DNA from: Lama guanicoe
Lineage: Eukaryota
Assembly: GCA_013239625.1 (NCBI GenBank)
Contig: MU053559.1
Span: forward strand, 62,001-126,000
DNA: 64,000 nt
Direction of reading: 5' to 3'
A program made the translations under genes and the position numbers. The notes under the pieces are model-generated. The model was given only the letters and a program-made list of their open reading frames with translations. It was not told where the DNA came from and searched no databases. Positions 44,178-58,220 of the stretch are shown here, one piece after another. The number at the start of each line of letters is the position of its first letter. Position 1 is the stretch's first letter.

Positions 44178-45289
44178 GGTGACTTGTTAGTTCATTCATT
44201 CATTCCCTATAACATGTTCCTGGTTCCTCCCTAGGGCAGGGAGGGACAGGAAGTATCAGGGATGTGCGTAAAGGGGCAGGGGTAGGGGTGTGAGGTTCCT
44301 GACGCCCACGATGAAAAGGCTGGGCGGACCGTCGCCACCCTGCGGTGCCTAATTAGAGACCTCGGCTGGGCACGAGAGTTTTGACTGTGGCCAGGAGACC
44401 CCCCACCTCCTCCCAATTCCGAGGCACAGCAAAGCCTGGAGCACGGAGAGACTCTCAGCTCTGAGAGTGAGCTCAGGGAAAGGAATATCTAACTGGAGAG
44501 GGAAAAACGGGAGCAGGGGAGAAAAGACTTTAAAATATATTTCTCAGGACTTAGGGGGCACCACAGCTGGGCCTGTAAGGATGGGGAGTTAGCAGGGAAG
44601 AGGGTCTCCGAACCTGGTCAGTAACTTTAGCCCCATCCCTATAAATCTCAAATAATCCTAGCTCTGAAAGGGGATGGGAGCAGGGGTGGGAGGGTTGTAA
44701 GATCTAGCTCTCTGATGGGGCAAGGGAGCACCAGCTGGGGCTGCGATGGGGTTGGGGACTGTTCTTACAGCATTCATCCGGGGAAAGAGACCTTCGTAAC
44801 ATCACCAGTGGGGAGGGGGCCAAGATGTGGTTTTAACCCGTCCCCCAAATAAACATCCAAGCTAAATCGACACGAAGCGTCAATAGAAGTACCGTAGAGC
44901 ACACCTCTTGAAGTCAGGTGGCCACTTCCAAGTTCCCCCTCCTCCTCTACAGAGCCCTCAAGCGCTAGAATGTCCTGTAAGAGACCATGTGGAACTTTGG
45001 GGTTCTAGGGGCCGTGCCTTCTGAGGCCCAGCTCCCGCCGCCGGGGCAGGAGCGCATGGGGAGCTTTCGCGCACGGCGCTCCCGGGCTGCGGGCCCCTCA
45101 CCTCTAGGCAGGGGGCGCCTTGGCCCGAGAGAGACAACAGGCCCAGGGGCGGACCCGGCTGGGCGCGCTCCTCCCCTGCCGGTGTCAGGTTTACGGAACA
45201 GAGCTCCTCTACTGGACGCGCGGTGGCCAGACGGCCACAAGGATTCCATTCGCCCGACCCGGCCCGGCTTGACCCTGCTCGGACGCGCC

Positions 45290-48200
45290 ATGTTCGCGCG
45301 TGGGTCCCGGAGGCGCCGCTCTGGGCGCGTGGTGAGCTAGACTCAGGGCAGCGGCGGGGGTCGGGGTAAACTGAGGCCCAGGGGAGGGGGCAGGGGAGAG
45401 GGATAGTAAAGAGGTGCTTCACAGAGGATCTAGGAATCCTCATCCCCAGGATTCCCAGACCCGAGGGTCTGGAGCTATTGGAAGCATGTGGGTGAAGGAA
45501 CTGGAGATCTGGTGGCCCTTGCTCCGTAATTACCTCTCCGCACACCTTTATCAGCACCCCGCGGATCTGGTGCACTCCCCTCTCGGTTAATTATGAGAGG
45601 GGATTCTGAAAGCCAAAAGATTGAGTCCTGGAGTCCTGGATTGAGTGGGGACCTTCTGAGCTTCTGAGGAAAGGAACCTACCCCTGTACCTTGGCGGAAG
45701 GTGAACTGAGGATTGAGGCCCTACACTTCTGTGGTGTCCAAATACTGAGAGTCCAATGAATGGAATTTGCTGAAGAGGGCTTCCAGGCTTCCTCTTGTGC
45801 CAGGAGTTTTTTACTTTCTAGATAGGAGGGTCTCTATCTTCCTTTGGTGGGGCTGTCTGGGTGAGGTCTGAGTTTGGCGATCCAGAGAAGGAGTAAATAG
45901 CCCTAGGATACGAGGGGTTAGGGCCAGGCTTATTGGGGTGTGGGTTTCTGAATGGCTCAAGGGCCTCCTGAGATCCTGGAGGAGGGTCTCATTTCCTTGG
46001 ATATGAAAAGGTGAAGCCAGGGCTTGCAGGAGGGGCTCTTGAGCTTCTGAAAAGAGGAGCAGGGTTCTTGTGGGGATCCCAAGTAAGGATGGGGTCTCAG
46101 AATCCTACCCTGTGGAACTGGAGTGCCGCTGGCTTTGTGGGTGTTGAAGGGGCCGAGATGAGGCCTGGAAGAAGACATTCACATTAGGGATTCTGCTCTG
46201 GTGGCGAGAATGCTCTGAGTTCTAGGGTAGGTATTTTGAGGCATAGAAGAGTCAGAGGCTGGGCGGAGGTACTGAGGCTGGGTGAGGGGATTCTGAGGCT
46301 GACTTGGCGAGAGGAATTCCTTGGAAAAGGGACATTTAGGGAGGTGGCCTCGGCTGTCCCGCCTCTACCTCGGTTGTGTCCCCCACCCCCGCGCTCTGGG
46401 CGCTGTCCCAGCCTGCCTGGCGTTGCCCTGGTGGGACAGGCCCCAGCGTGCGGTTGCCGGTCTTGGACTGGAGAGGTGGGCGTTGACTTCTCTCTCAATC
46501 CCTCCCGCACACCTTGCTCGGTCCGCGTCTGTCCTCGCCCACTACAGCTTCCAGAGGCAGAGGACCCAGACCGCGGCCAGCCCTGCAACTCCTGCAGGGA
46601 GCAGTGCCCCGGATTCCTGCTGCATGGTTGGAGGTAGGTGACCATCCCAGGGCCTAGTCTTCGTCAGGGTCCTGCTGTCAGGGGAATCCCCAGAGAGTTA
46701 GGCCACGCCCCTAGGCTTGAGCCGGGACTTCGGAGAAAGCTCAGATTCAGAGCCCCGCCCCTGACTCACTCCCAATTGTCTGGTTCCCAGGAGAGCTCCG
46801 CCCACTACACAGCCTGGCCCCCAGAAGTGACCTCCCCAAGCTTCCGAGTCCCATCTCTAGGGAGATCCTCCGTCCCAGGCTCTGAGCACCGCCCACTGAA
46901 CACCAGCCCCCGTCTTGTGCTCAGAACTCCTCTCCCAGACCCAGTGTCCTATCCTCCTAGGACGCAAAACGTCCCATAAAATATCTCAGACAGAGCCCTA
47001 CCCACAGGCTCAGGGCCCCACCCGCCCACAAGAGCCTCAGCGCAAGCTGGAATCCATCCCTAGGGAATATTCCCCCACAAGGGCCAAAGTCCCGAAGGAA
47101 GCCCCTAAATTTATAACTCCGATCTCAGACTCAGAGTCCTGCCCCTATTCAGGCCCGCTGCGGGGAGAGTTTGACCCAAGTCCCAGCGGTGAAAGTCAGG
47201 GGATGGCTTTGAGATCTCCCCACAGCGCCCCTACCCCTGTCGCATCCACGGCCCAGGCCCACAGCCCCACCTTCAGCTCTCAGGCACGCCCCCCCGCCCC
47301 TGTCTCACAGCCCTGCCCCCAGCTGGCCGCTCCGCCCCTCACAGCCCGACCACTCCCCACAGCGGTTTCGTTCACAGCCCCACCTCCGCTCAGCACCGCC
47401 CCCAGGCCCAGAGTCCTGACCCGGCTCCGAGTCTTTTGCTGGTGATAATCTGCATGTCCCTGCCCCTTAATTGGACTTCCTTGGGCTGCCGAGGAGTTCA
47501 AGTGGGCTATCCCTTATTAATCGACCTCTCATCCCGGCCTCCTTAGAAAGATCTGCCAACACTGCAAATGTCCGCGGGAGGAGCACGCCGTGCATGCGGT
47601 GCCTGTGGACCTGGAACGCATCATGTGTCGGCTAATCTCAGACTTCCAGCGCCACTCCATCTCCGACGATGACTCTGGCTGTGCCTCGGAGGAGTATGCC
47701 TGGGTGCCCCCTGGTCTCAAGCCCGAGCAGGTGACCAGACGCCGCCACCCACTCTTGCTCACCAGTTGGTGCACACACACACACATGAGCATGCGCACAC
47801 ACAGGTGGGAACCTATTTCCCAGGAAACGCTAGAGTGTGTGGTCAGACTGCGCATGTCCTTCTGGCCCCTCTTTGATCTAGGGGTGGTCGGTCCCCCATA
47901 ACTCACAGGAAACTCTGCATCAGTTCCTCAGGGCCTGTTCACCACACTCCTGTTCTCCCACCTCAGGTCTTATTCCAGCACTTCATTCACCACGTCTCCA
48001 TTGACTGATTCATTCAGCAAATAGATATTAAGCACCTACTGCATGTCAGACACTTTTCTAAACACTGAGAACACAGCATTGAACAAGACACACACCAAAA
48101 AAAAATCTGCCCACATGGAGATTTTATTCCCAAAGGGAGCAAGAGCCAATAAGCAAACCTGTAAAAATGTCAGATAGTGTAAGGGCTATGGACTTTTTTT

Positions 48201-51200
48201 AAAAGCAGGAAAGTAGGGGGCAGAGAGATGTTAGAATTGTAAATAGGGTGCCCAGGTCAGCTTCTGTGAGAGTATGATGTTTGAGCTTCCTGAAGGAGGT
48301 GAGGGTGGGAGCCATGCATATATCCAAGGTTAGAGCAATCCAGGCAAAGGGAGGAGCTAATGCAAAGGCCCTGAGGCAGGAGTGTACTAGGCGTGTGTAA
48401 GAAACAATGAGATCTGTGTATCTGGAGCATAGTGAGCAATGAGGGGAGTGGTCAGAGGTGAGGTCAGAGAGATGGCAGGGGGCCATGGAGAGAACTCTGA
48501 GTTCTACTCTGAATGAATGAGGACACAAGAGGCTTGTGAGCAGAGAAAGGATGTGATTTGTCTTAGGATTTCACAGGATCCCTCCGCATGCTGAGTTTAG
48601 AATGAGCTGTAGGAGTGAGGGTAGAAGCAGGGGATCAGTGAGGGGGAGGCTACTGCAGTAGTCTAGGTGACTGACGATGGTGCTGGCAGTGGAAGTAGTG
48701 AGCGGTGGTCATATTCTGGTTATATTTCGAAGGTAGAGCTGAGAGGATTTGTTTGTGGGTGTGAGAGAAGAGTCAAAGATGGCCTCAAGGATGAATGGGT
48801 TGATTGATATGGGGCAGGCCAAGGCATAAGTCCGGTTTTGGTCATCTGGAGTTGGAGATGCCTGTTGGACATCTGAGTGGTCATGTTGTCTGGAACTCAT
48901 GGAAGAGGTCCCAGGGCTGGAGGTATGCATTTGTGAGCCATTAGCCACAAGATGATATTTATAGCCATGAGGTTGGATGTGAGTCCCAAGGGGAGTGAAG
49001 GTAGACAAGAGGCAAGAGGACCAAGGATTGAGCCTGAGGATCCTCCCACATTTAGGGGTCGGCTAGTCGAGGAGGAACCAAAAATGGGACAGAGAAAGAG
49101 CAGCCAATAAGGTAGGAGGAAACAAATCCAGGAGTGTGTGGTGTTCTGGAAGCTAAAGGAACAGAGGGTTTCCAGGATGGAGTCATCAGCTGTGCCCAGT
49201 GCTACTAATGGGTCAAATTGGATGAAGATCAAGACCTGAACACCAAGCTGAATGATATAGATGACATTGATGACTGAAAGGAACAGCTTTGGAAGAGGGG
49301 CAGGGACGAGGGAGCCGGGAAGCCTGACCAGAGAGGGGTCTAGAGAGAATGAGAGGAGAGGAAGTGGAGACAGCAAATGCACACAACTCTTGAGGAAGTT
49401 TGCTGTAAAGGGAAATTAACAATTGGAGTGGCAGCTGAAGGAAAAAGTGGGGTCAAGACAAGATGGATCTCTCAGCATATTGGGGAGGTGGCAGAAACGA
49501 CCTGGCCTGTAGGAAGGAAGGATGGAGGGGGGTCAGTAGAAGTTCCTTCCTGCTGACTTTAATTTTCTCAGAACAGTAGGGCCCCATCATCCCAGTGCAA
49601 CCCAACTCACCCTGTCTCAATTATTTTCTCCCACCCACCATGTCCTCCCAGGTATACCAGTTTTTCAGCTGCCTCCCAGAGGACAAGGTCCCCTATGTCA
49701 ACAGTCCCGGGGAGAAATACAGGATCAAGCAGCTGCTACACCAGCTGCCCCCACACGACAGTGAGGTGAGGAGAGAGAAGACATGTCAGATTGGGGGCAC
49801 AGCCTAGACAAATGCTTAGCCGCTGGAAAGGAATGGATAGGGTCAGTAGGGTCAGAGGAGGAAAGGTGAGCTGATCTGAAGTGACATGCCTGGACAGGCA
49901 GGGGCAATCAGGGGACACTCTTTGGCAAAACCACAGTTGGGCCTTGGGAGAAGACGTAAGGGGTAAAAAAAAAAAAAAAGAGGGGTAAGGGGTGAGTATT
50001 GCAGGCAGGAAGCACCACCTATACAAAGGCCTAGAAATAAATTCTTTGAGCCTGGATGGAATCTGGAAGAAGGTCGGGGCGGGGCAGGCATCAGGGGAGG
50101 AGCCTGGAAGATCCCCACTACTCCAGGCACAGTACTGCACGGCACTGGAAGAGGAGGAGAAGAAAGAGCTCAGAGCCTTCAGCCAGCAGCGGAAGCGGGA
50201 GAATCTGGGGCGTGGCACCGTCCGCATCTTCCCGGTGACCATCACTGGAGCCATCTGTGAGGAGGTGAGACATGGAGGGAGGGCCTCAGTGAGTGGGCAG
50301 TGCCTTTGCTCCAAGCCCTGAGGTGCAGGGCCCATCTCCCAGGCCCTGGGAAGATGAGGCCTGCCACTTAAGCCCTAGTGATCTGTCTAGTGTCCCCTCT
50401 GGAGGGCGGGGTCTTTTCCTTACATTTTTTTTAGTGGAGGTACTGGGGATTGAGCCCAGGACCTCATGCATACTAAGCATGCATTCTACCACTGAGCTAT
50501 ACCCTCCCCTCTTTTTCTTTACATTCTACTGTTAAAGAGGGACCATTTCTAAGGCCTGCCAGGCCAGTGAGTTCTGTCTCCAGTGAGTCTACAAACTGGT
50601 GGACTGATGGATGGAAATCTGTCCTCAGATCCCACTGTTAGGTACCGTCTGTCTGTAAGGAGGCCCTCATGGATCTTCTCTATTAGTTTCCTCTCCTCCA
50701 TGCAATTAACATGGGGCATGGGCTGTCTCTCTGATCCTCTGTGATTGAGACTTATCCTTAAGAACCAACCCACAGTGGCAGGGCCTGTCTCTAAAGCCCA
50801 GTGATGGGTGAAATTTGTCTCTAAGCCGCTCCCCCACCCATGGGAGAAGCCTGAACTTAGATCTTACCGTTAGGTGAGACCCATCACTAAGGTCCCTCCA
50901 CTGGGCCTGGCCTGTCTGTATGGTTTCTCCCAGGGCAGGGTCAATCTCTAAGGTGCCTTCTCTCACCCCCAAGCCCAGCCATGTAGGCATGGGTCTGTCT
51001 CAAAGTTAACCCCTGGATGGGGCCAGTAACAAAGGCCATAGGAAGGCCCAAGTGTGACACATCTCAGCTGACCCCCATCTGTCTGACCATCCTGGTGATG
51101 GGGACGATATCCCTCTGTCATTTGGCAGTGCGGGAAGCAGATTGGAGGCGGGGACATTGCCGTGTTTGCCAGCCGTGCGGGCCTGGGTGCCTGCTGGCAC

Positions 51201-53924
51201 CCACAGTGCTTTGTGTGCTCCACGTGCCGGGAGTTGCTGGTGGACCTCATCTACTTCTACCATGCTGGCAAGGTCTACTGTGGTCGCCACCATGCCGAGC
51301 ACCTGCGCCCGCGCTGCCAAGCCTGTGACGAGGTTTGTGCCTCTCTGTCCACGGGTGAGAACGGAGGGTGCACAGGGCCAGGGGCACCCCATTCTGACAG
51401 TCACAGATGGCCTGTGCCCCCCAGATCATCTTCTCCCCTGAGTGCACGGAGGCTGAGGGCCGACACTGGCACATGGGTCACTTCTGCTGCTTTGAGTGTG
51501 AAGCATCCCTAGGAGGGCAGCGCTATGTTATGCATCAGAGCCGCCCCCACTGCTGCGCCTGCTACGAGGCCCGCCACGCGGAGTATTGTGATGGCTGTGG
51601 AGAGCACATTGGTGGGTGAATGTGAGACTGGACGGGGAAAGATGGACAGCTGGGCCACAGCCCCACTCCCAGTGTTCCTCCTGCTTTCCAGGCCTCATCC
51701 CCCATTATACCCTATACTTTAAGTCTAGCACCAGCGCCATAACCCTATATCCTTAACTGTAATCCCATCACCAATGTTTCCCATTATGCCATACTTTCTA
51801 AACCTCACCTACAAAACACTAGGCACCACTGCACATCTAGGCCCACCTCCAGAGTGCCCTCTAATTCCTAGCTTCCCAGGGAGACCCTCCTACACTCTCA
51901 GTTTAGCCTCTACTCTAAGCCATGCCCTATTCTCCAAGATTCTCCTCCATCAACATAGGTAAACCCTACCTTCTAAGCCAGACCCTACCTTCTAACCCCA
52001 CTCCCTTCCCACCAAGGCCACATCCTACCTTCTAAGCCCTGCCACCACCACCCAGCCCTCTTCTTCAGGTCCACCTTCCACTCTTCTTCCACCTGAAGCC
52101 ACCTCTTAATGTCTAAGCTGACTCACATCTTTGACTCCAATGCCCACCCCTACTCTGGGAGGGGCCACCTTGGTAAAGAAAGGGAAGCAGAGGAGGAGAC
52201 ATTTATCAGCCCGTTTCCAGGAAAGGAGGATGAGGATCTCTGGGATGAGGGCCCCATTCTTGAGAGGTGTGGGGAGAGGGCATCTCTGGGTACCCTGCCT
52301 CAGATTCCCTGTCTCTTTCCAAGAAGGGCCCCCATTCAGGAGGAGTAGGGATATACCTGGGGACTCCGCCTCAGTTTTCCCCATCGTGTCCATCCCTACA
52401 GGCCTAGACCAGGGCCAGATGGCTTATGAGGGGCAGCACTGGCACGCCTCAGACCGCTGCTTCTGCTGTAGTCGCTGTGGGCGAGCCCTCCTGGGTCGCC
52501 CCTTCTTGCCACGCCGTGGCCTAATCTTCTGCTCTCGAGCCTGCAGCCTGGGGTCTGAGCCCACGGCTCCGGGGCCTGGCCGCCGCAGCTGGAGCGCGGG
52601 CACGGTCTCTACACCTCTTGCAGCCCCCACAGCCTCTTTTGCGGCGGAGGGAGCGTCCGACACCTCCACCAAAGGCACCAGCACTGAGCCAGCGCCTGGT
52701 GAGCTAACCCTCAACCGACGCCCAGCCACTCCGTGTCCCCGCCCCCGCCTCAACCCTGGCCCCTCCCCCTGACTCAGGCGCAGGCCATCAAACTGTAGCA
52801 TCCCTGGCCCCGTCCCCGTCTCAGCCCTTGCTCCGTCCCCAAACCATTCTGGGCCAAGTCTCCATCCCAAACTACATCCCCACGTGAACTCTGGCTCCGC
52901 CCCACTGTACAGCGCCCTTCCCCTACCTCAGCTAGTCCCTGTTTGAGCCCAAGTTCCGCCTCCTTTCCTCCAAAGCCTTGACTCCTCTCCCTCACCCCAA
53001 GGCCCGCCCCCCACTCTATCCCAACATTGTCCGCCCGTCTTTGCCACGCCCCTTTCGCCAGAAGCCACGCCCACCCCTGGCCACACCCCATACACCGATC
53101 CAGTCCTGCTCCTCGGGCCGTCAGCCTCGTTCTCCACCCAGAGCATGCCCCAGGCCTTATATTTCCCAAACCCCCACCTCGCTGCCCCTCTCCGACGCCT
53201 GCCCCCACTTTCCCAGTCCTTATGGGGGAAAGGAAAGAGAAGGCCATTCCAAGGCCTCCTCTGGGCGGGGGTGGAGAGGAGGGAGATAACAGGCAGTTGC
53301 TCCATCTCCTTCTTTCCAGCTTCAGGCCCCGAGGAGCCTACCTGCTTTCTGAGAGGGGCCCCCCACCGCCACTCCATGCCAGAGCTGGGGCTCCGCAGTG
53401 TCCCGGAGCCAACCCCGGGGCCTCCCGGCCAGCCGGACCCGCGCCCTGAAGATGATGCCTTTGGTCGCCAGAGCACCCCGCGCGTCAGCTTCCGTGACCC
53501 TCTGGTGTCTGAGGGAGGCCCGCGGCGGACCCTGAGTGCGCCCCCAGCCCAGCGCCGCAGGCCGCGCAGTCCCCCGCCCAGGGGCCCCACCCGTCGTCGG
53601 CGCCACCGCCGCCACCACCACCATCACCACCACCATCACCGCCGCCACTCTGGCAGACGTCGCCACCATCAGTGTGACTTGGGATCAGGGTCTGACTCAG
53701 GATCTTGCTCTAGCTCGCCGTCCAGCTCCAGTTCTGAGTCCTCAGAGGACGACGGCTTCTTCCTAGGGGAACGCATCCCGGTGCCCCCGCACCTGTGCAG
53801 GCTCATGCCAGCGGTGCAAAACACTGCATCTGAGCCCGCCAACTCCCCATCTCCACAGCTCCCCCGGCCCTCCCGCCCAGGGATTCCTCGCCAGGCCAAA
53901 GACAAGAATTGCATCTTGGCTTGA
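45290..53924 (+). CDS. PRICKLE3: Prickle planar cell polarity protein 3 (LMO6): PET + 3 LIM domains, CaaX; 618 aa
   Basis: Exons 45290-45331, 46548-46633, 47547-47730, 49652-49765, 50127-50264, 51129-51332, 51425-51611, 52402-52698 and 53320-53924 total 1857 nt. Contains [32 protein letters not shown], the LIM motif WHPQCFVC, a His tract and the C-terminus KNCILA*. CpG island at ~44990-45370. Confidence 0.97.
50425..50510 (-). mobile_element. tRNA-derived SINE (Vic-1-like)
   Basis: TGGAGGTACTGGGGATTGAGCCCAGGACC...CTACCACTGAGCTATACCCTCCCC with a poly-T tail. Flanked by TCTTTTCCTTACAT and TCTTTTTCTTTACAT, resembling a TSD. Confidence 0.87.
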
Positions 53925-54575
53925 AGGAGAGGCAGTGATGGGGGGGGGGGAATCCATTCTCAAATCAGTGTCAGCGATGACCCACCCCTCAACTTAAGTC
54001 ATAGATCCTCTTCCTTCCTCCTTCCTTCGTCTGTTTGTATTATTGAAGTAATTTAATATGTGTTGTAAAACAGGCCTGGCTTCTTTACCTCCTTGTTCCA
54101 GCTGTTCCCTCCCTCCCCAATTTCCCCCAACCCTGATGCTTGAGATTTATCTACATTTGATCAAAGCATTAATTTATTTGTCATCATATGTTCTAACAAT
54201 CTACTTACTATTTATTTACTCCTCCACAGAACCACCCCCACCCACACACACGCTGAGGTTATTTGGAGTGGATCACAACCTGGGGCCTGGAGTCTGAAAT
54301 CCAAGGCACCTTCCTTTTGTAGCTGGGGTGGGGGCATAGTCCAGGCAGAACTGGAGTCTCTGTTTGGATGCTGCAGAAGAAAGGGGGACCTAGGCACACC
54401 CGTAAACGTGGCCACACCCAGGAGGGTTGAATGGCAGGCTAGAAGACAAAATCTCCCGATAAAGGCACTTTTACCTCAATAGAGGGCTGGGAGTTGGCTG
54501 GGGTATTGTAGGGGAGGGGAGGAATTATTTCGATGGAGGTGTTCTTTGCAGGTTGCTGAGAGAAACGAAGTTCAC

Positions 54576-56946
54576 CTACACCGGACCATCTGCAGGGTCT
54601 GCAAGTGAGGAAAAGAGAGAAAGCATTGGCTGGATCCTTATGTCCATTTTACAGATGAGACTACTGAAGCTTAAGATAATTCTTGGCAATAAAGTCTTAA
54701 GTGCCAATAAGGGACAGAGTTGGCATTCACTCCCTTGAAAGACTCATTTCCTTCTCAGCCCTCTTAGCAACACCCCCTCCCACACACAGACACTTACCAG
54801 TAGGGGCTGCTGTATGTCTTTGCTGCCGCAAGGGGAAGGTAATGTAGGCATCATAGCCAAAGAGGCCTGCGGCGACTAGGCCCAGTACCTGGAATGGGGA
54901 TGGGAATGAGAGGGGTTGGATTAAGCTGGTCAGCCTACTCAACCTCTTACCTCCTTGTATCCACCACCTCCAGTGACTGCCCCCATGCAGGGGTGGTGAC
55001 TAAAGCCCCAGGTTGGGAAGCCAGAGAGCCGGAGGGAAAGGCCAGAAGACTGAACTGTACCCCACCCTCCCTCTACCTAGTACCTCTCAACACAGCGCAG
55101 CCACACAGTGGCCCCACATATAGGTGGAACCATTCACACTGTACAGTGAGACAAAGCTTTAGCAGATGGTAGTCTAGTGTGATGACAAAAGGGCCACCTC
55201 TTTGTGCTTCACACAAAGGTCCCCATGTTGGACAAGGGATGCCCCTTTACACCAAATACGACTTGGGGAGAAAAAACAGGGCCTGGGTCAGAGTTTCCTG
55301 CAGGCCCTGAGGACAAAGGTGACCTACAATAGGTCACACACTTCCTGGCAGAAGCAGAGGCAGAAATGGCCCCAGGATCCTCAAACCCCTCTCTCTATGC
55401 TTTGGAGCAGATTCTACAGCCTTTACCCCTGCGGCAATTTTGGAGTTGTTTCCTCTCTCAACAAGCACAACAATGGAGGTGATCAGGTAGAGGATGACTG
55501 CTATGAGGGTTCTGAAGAAATCCTGTGAGGTGCAGGGAGAAAAGAGAAGTCAGTATCCAGAATTCCCTCTACAATACCACCTTCCCAGACCCCTCCCTAG
55601 CCTGGCCATTGTGGCCCCTTTCTCACACTCCAAGGCCAGTTGATGATCAATATCTTGGTGTGCAGGTCACACATGTAGACGACAAAGAAGATGGCAGCAA
55701 AGATCATCTCAATCACAGACAGGAAAGAGTATTCTGATGCTGAGGCACCGAAGCAGATCAGAATCACCAGGCACAGTATCTGGAAGAATGACACGTGAAA
55801 GGGGACCTCCATCAACTCCCAGGGCGAAGATTGGTTTAAATTGGGAGTTTCAGACTCAGATGCCTACCAGGACTGGGAAGATGGCAAATAATAATAGCTA
55901 AACACTTATTGTGTGCACACTGTATTCCACATATTGTTCTAAGAGTTGTACAAGTATTAATTCGTTCAGTCATCACAACAACCTAATGAACTGTGTACTA
56001 TTAGTAGCTTCTTTATCTTATAGATGAGAAAAGGCAGGCACAGAGACAGACATTAAGTGATTTGTCCAGGGTCACCCAACTAGTAAGGGATAGGGTTGTG
56101 CGCCTCAGTTCTCCCCTTTTCCCTTCTGGAATAGTGGCAGCCTTCGGAGAGTGGTGCCTTCAGGTGTTTTTTGTAAGCACTGCCAGCACCAGCTTCAGGG
56201 CTTTTGACGGGGCGGGACGTGCGGTTCCCCCGGCAACCCCTTTGAGAAGCGGTGAGTGTCACACCGAAGGGGCAGGGCTCAGTTAAAGGCGCCGCACCCC
56301 TTTTACAAGTGACTCAAAAACGGCGCCCACTTTGAGAGGGGCGAGAAGCCGAGGTTTCCAAGCGGCCCAAATATCTAAACACCTCCCGCCCCACCACAGA
56401 AGGGCGAGGAAGAACTGGGGAAGGGCGGATCGCCCTGCCCTGCGGGACTAGCGCGCGGGGCCCCACCCCAAGAGGTCCCGCCCCTGGGCGCTCTGCCAGC
56501 CCGCCCGCCAGTGCCCAGGCCGCACCACGCCCTGTCACGGGAGACCCTCCTCCACCTCCCAGCCCGTGGGGACCCCTTGGATAAGTCCACCGGGTATCCC
56601 TCCACGGGGCCCCCCAAATGCCCTATGGGCCTCTTGTCTCACCCCGTGGGTCAGCAGCTCCCAATCACCTTCAAACTTCACTGACCCGCCCTGCGCCCCT
56701 GGTTTCGGGCCTCCGCCACCAATCTACCCACCCCGCGCCCCACGGCGCAGAGCCCCTCACCACGCGCCTGCCTCCCCTGGGGCTGTCCGGATTCGCGTGG
56801 TCCAGCCACCCCACCCACCTTTGCCCACCCGCCTGTCCCGGGACGCTCACAATCTCAGAAAACAGGAGAATCCCCTTTCGGGTGCGCGAGAAGTTGGTGC
56901 AGGCGGCCCAGCAGCCGGGGGCCGAGAGGCGCTCGGAATCCGCCAT
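54576..56946 (-). CDS. PLP2: Proteolipid protein 2 (MARVEL domain), 152 aa
   Basis: Exons 56946-56851, 55779-55627, 55522-55427, 54888-54798 and 54598-54576 total 459 nt. Protein MADSERLSAPGCWAACTNFSRTRKGILLFSEI...INWPWSDFFRT...HTAAPTDPADGPV*. Minus-strand AATAAA at 54216-54211 and 54178-54173; CpG island at ~56280-57320. Confidence 0.97.
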
Positions 56947-58099
56947 GGCGTGGACCGGAGTCCGTAGGGGCGCAGAGGATCTGCTCGCTTGCTCGTGCGT
57001 TCGAGGACGCTGCACACCCAGCAGTCTTGCCCGCCGTCTGGCCGGGAAGGGGGCCCCGGGGCGAAGGAGGGAGTGAATCACCGCGCGGAGTAGAAGCGGG
57101 CGGGGCCGAAGCGGGCCGGGCCAGGTGGCTGCCGCCCCGGAAGCCCCCTCGCCCCGCCCGCCTAGGATACTCCCCGCCCGGCGCACAGCCCCCCAGGGCG
57201 CTCTATCTCCGGGACCGCCAGCCTCTGAGGCTTGGCAGTTCTGCGTGCCATGTGTTGCAATGGAGAGATCTTTCACGCTTTTAGAACACAAACGCGCCCG
57301 GGGCTGCCTCAACTCAGAACCGTGGGGATTTCGCTTTGGAGGGGGAATGCCTCAGTTTCCTTAGTTGTAAATACGGCCAAGGCCAGGGTTAAACTCCAGT
57401 ACGTTTCCAGAATTCCGAATATTTTGGATTTTAGAAAACAGTGCGTGTAAGGTACATTATTTAACACTCTCGGCGAGGGTCTGAGGCTGCCCCGTTTAAA
57501 AGAAAAGTTAATATTTCCTCAAGGAAAGGTGTGGACAGCCAGGGTAAGTGGGATAAGCCAGAACCAAAAATTGTTCCTGGTTAAGTCAGATCAGGATTTT
57601 TAACCAAAAAGTGCCCAACTTGTGGGAAAACTGTTGGTTTTCAGAGCTTTGGGGATTTTGAAATTGTGGATAGAGGACTGTGGACCTTGGAGTAAATTTG
57701 GCCGTGATGGGAATGAGACCTCGCCCGTGAACAGGCTGAGAGGGAACAGGGCCTACTCAGCAAGCTGCTTGGTAAATGGAGGTGGACATCATAATAGTGT
57801 CAGAGCCCAGGGTCTGATTCTCGGTTCTGCAATTCTAGGGAGGTCCTGGCCCGAAATGCTGGGTTCTAAGGAGAAGGGCTGTCAACTCCAGACTTAGATG
57901 AAGAATGAGGAAGGAATACAGGTTTATTTACTGCTGAGAGCTTGGCAAGATGAGGGGAAGTCTCCTGGGGTGCCAGGCTGGTTGACAAGGCTGATGACAT
58001 TTGAAGAGTGTGTTATCCTGAGTGAGTAAAGTTTCCTGACTCAGCCTTGATTTCTGTGTCTGAGACATGCACCTGGTCATGGGAATCAGTATCTCTATT

Positions 58100-58220
58100 G
58101 GGGGGGGGTGATAAGGTTATTAACTTATATATTTATTTATTTTAATGGAGGTCTGGGGATTAAACCCAGGACCTCCTGTGTGCTAAGCACGTGTTCTACC
58201 ACTGAGCTATACCCTCCCCC
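58100..58220 (-). mobile_element. tRNA-derived SINE (Vic-1-like)
   Basis: ATGGAGGTCTGGGGATTAAACCCAGGACC...CTACCACTGAGCTATACCCTCCCCC with a TTTA tail. Confidence 0.85.

Noticed and set aside
52928..53590. Long antisense ORFs over GC-rich exons (also 44958-45575 and 56671-57312)
   Set aside because: Expected from high GC and codon structure of the real genes; no independent coding signal beyond the PLP2 exon 1 portion of 56671-57312.
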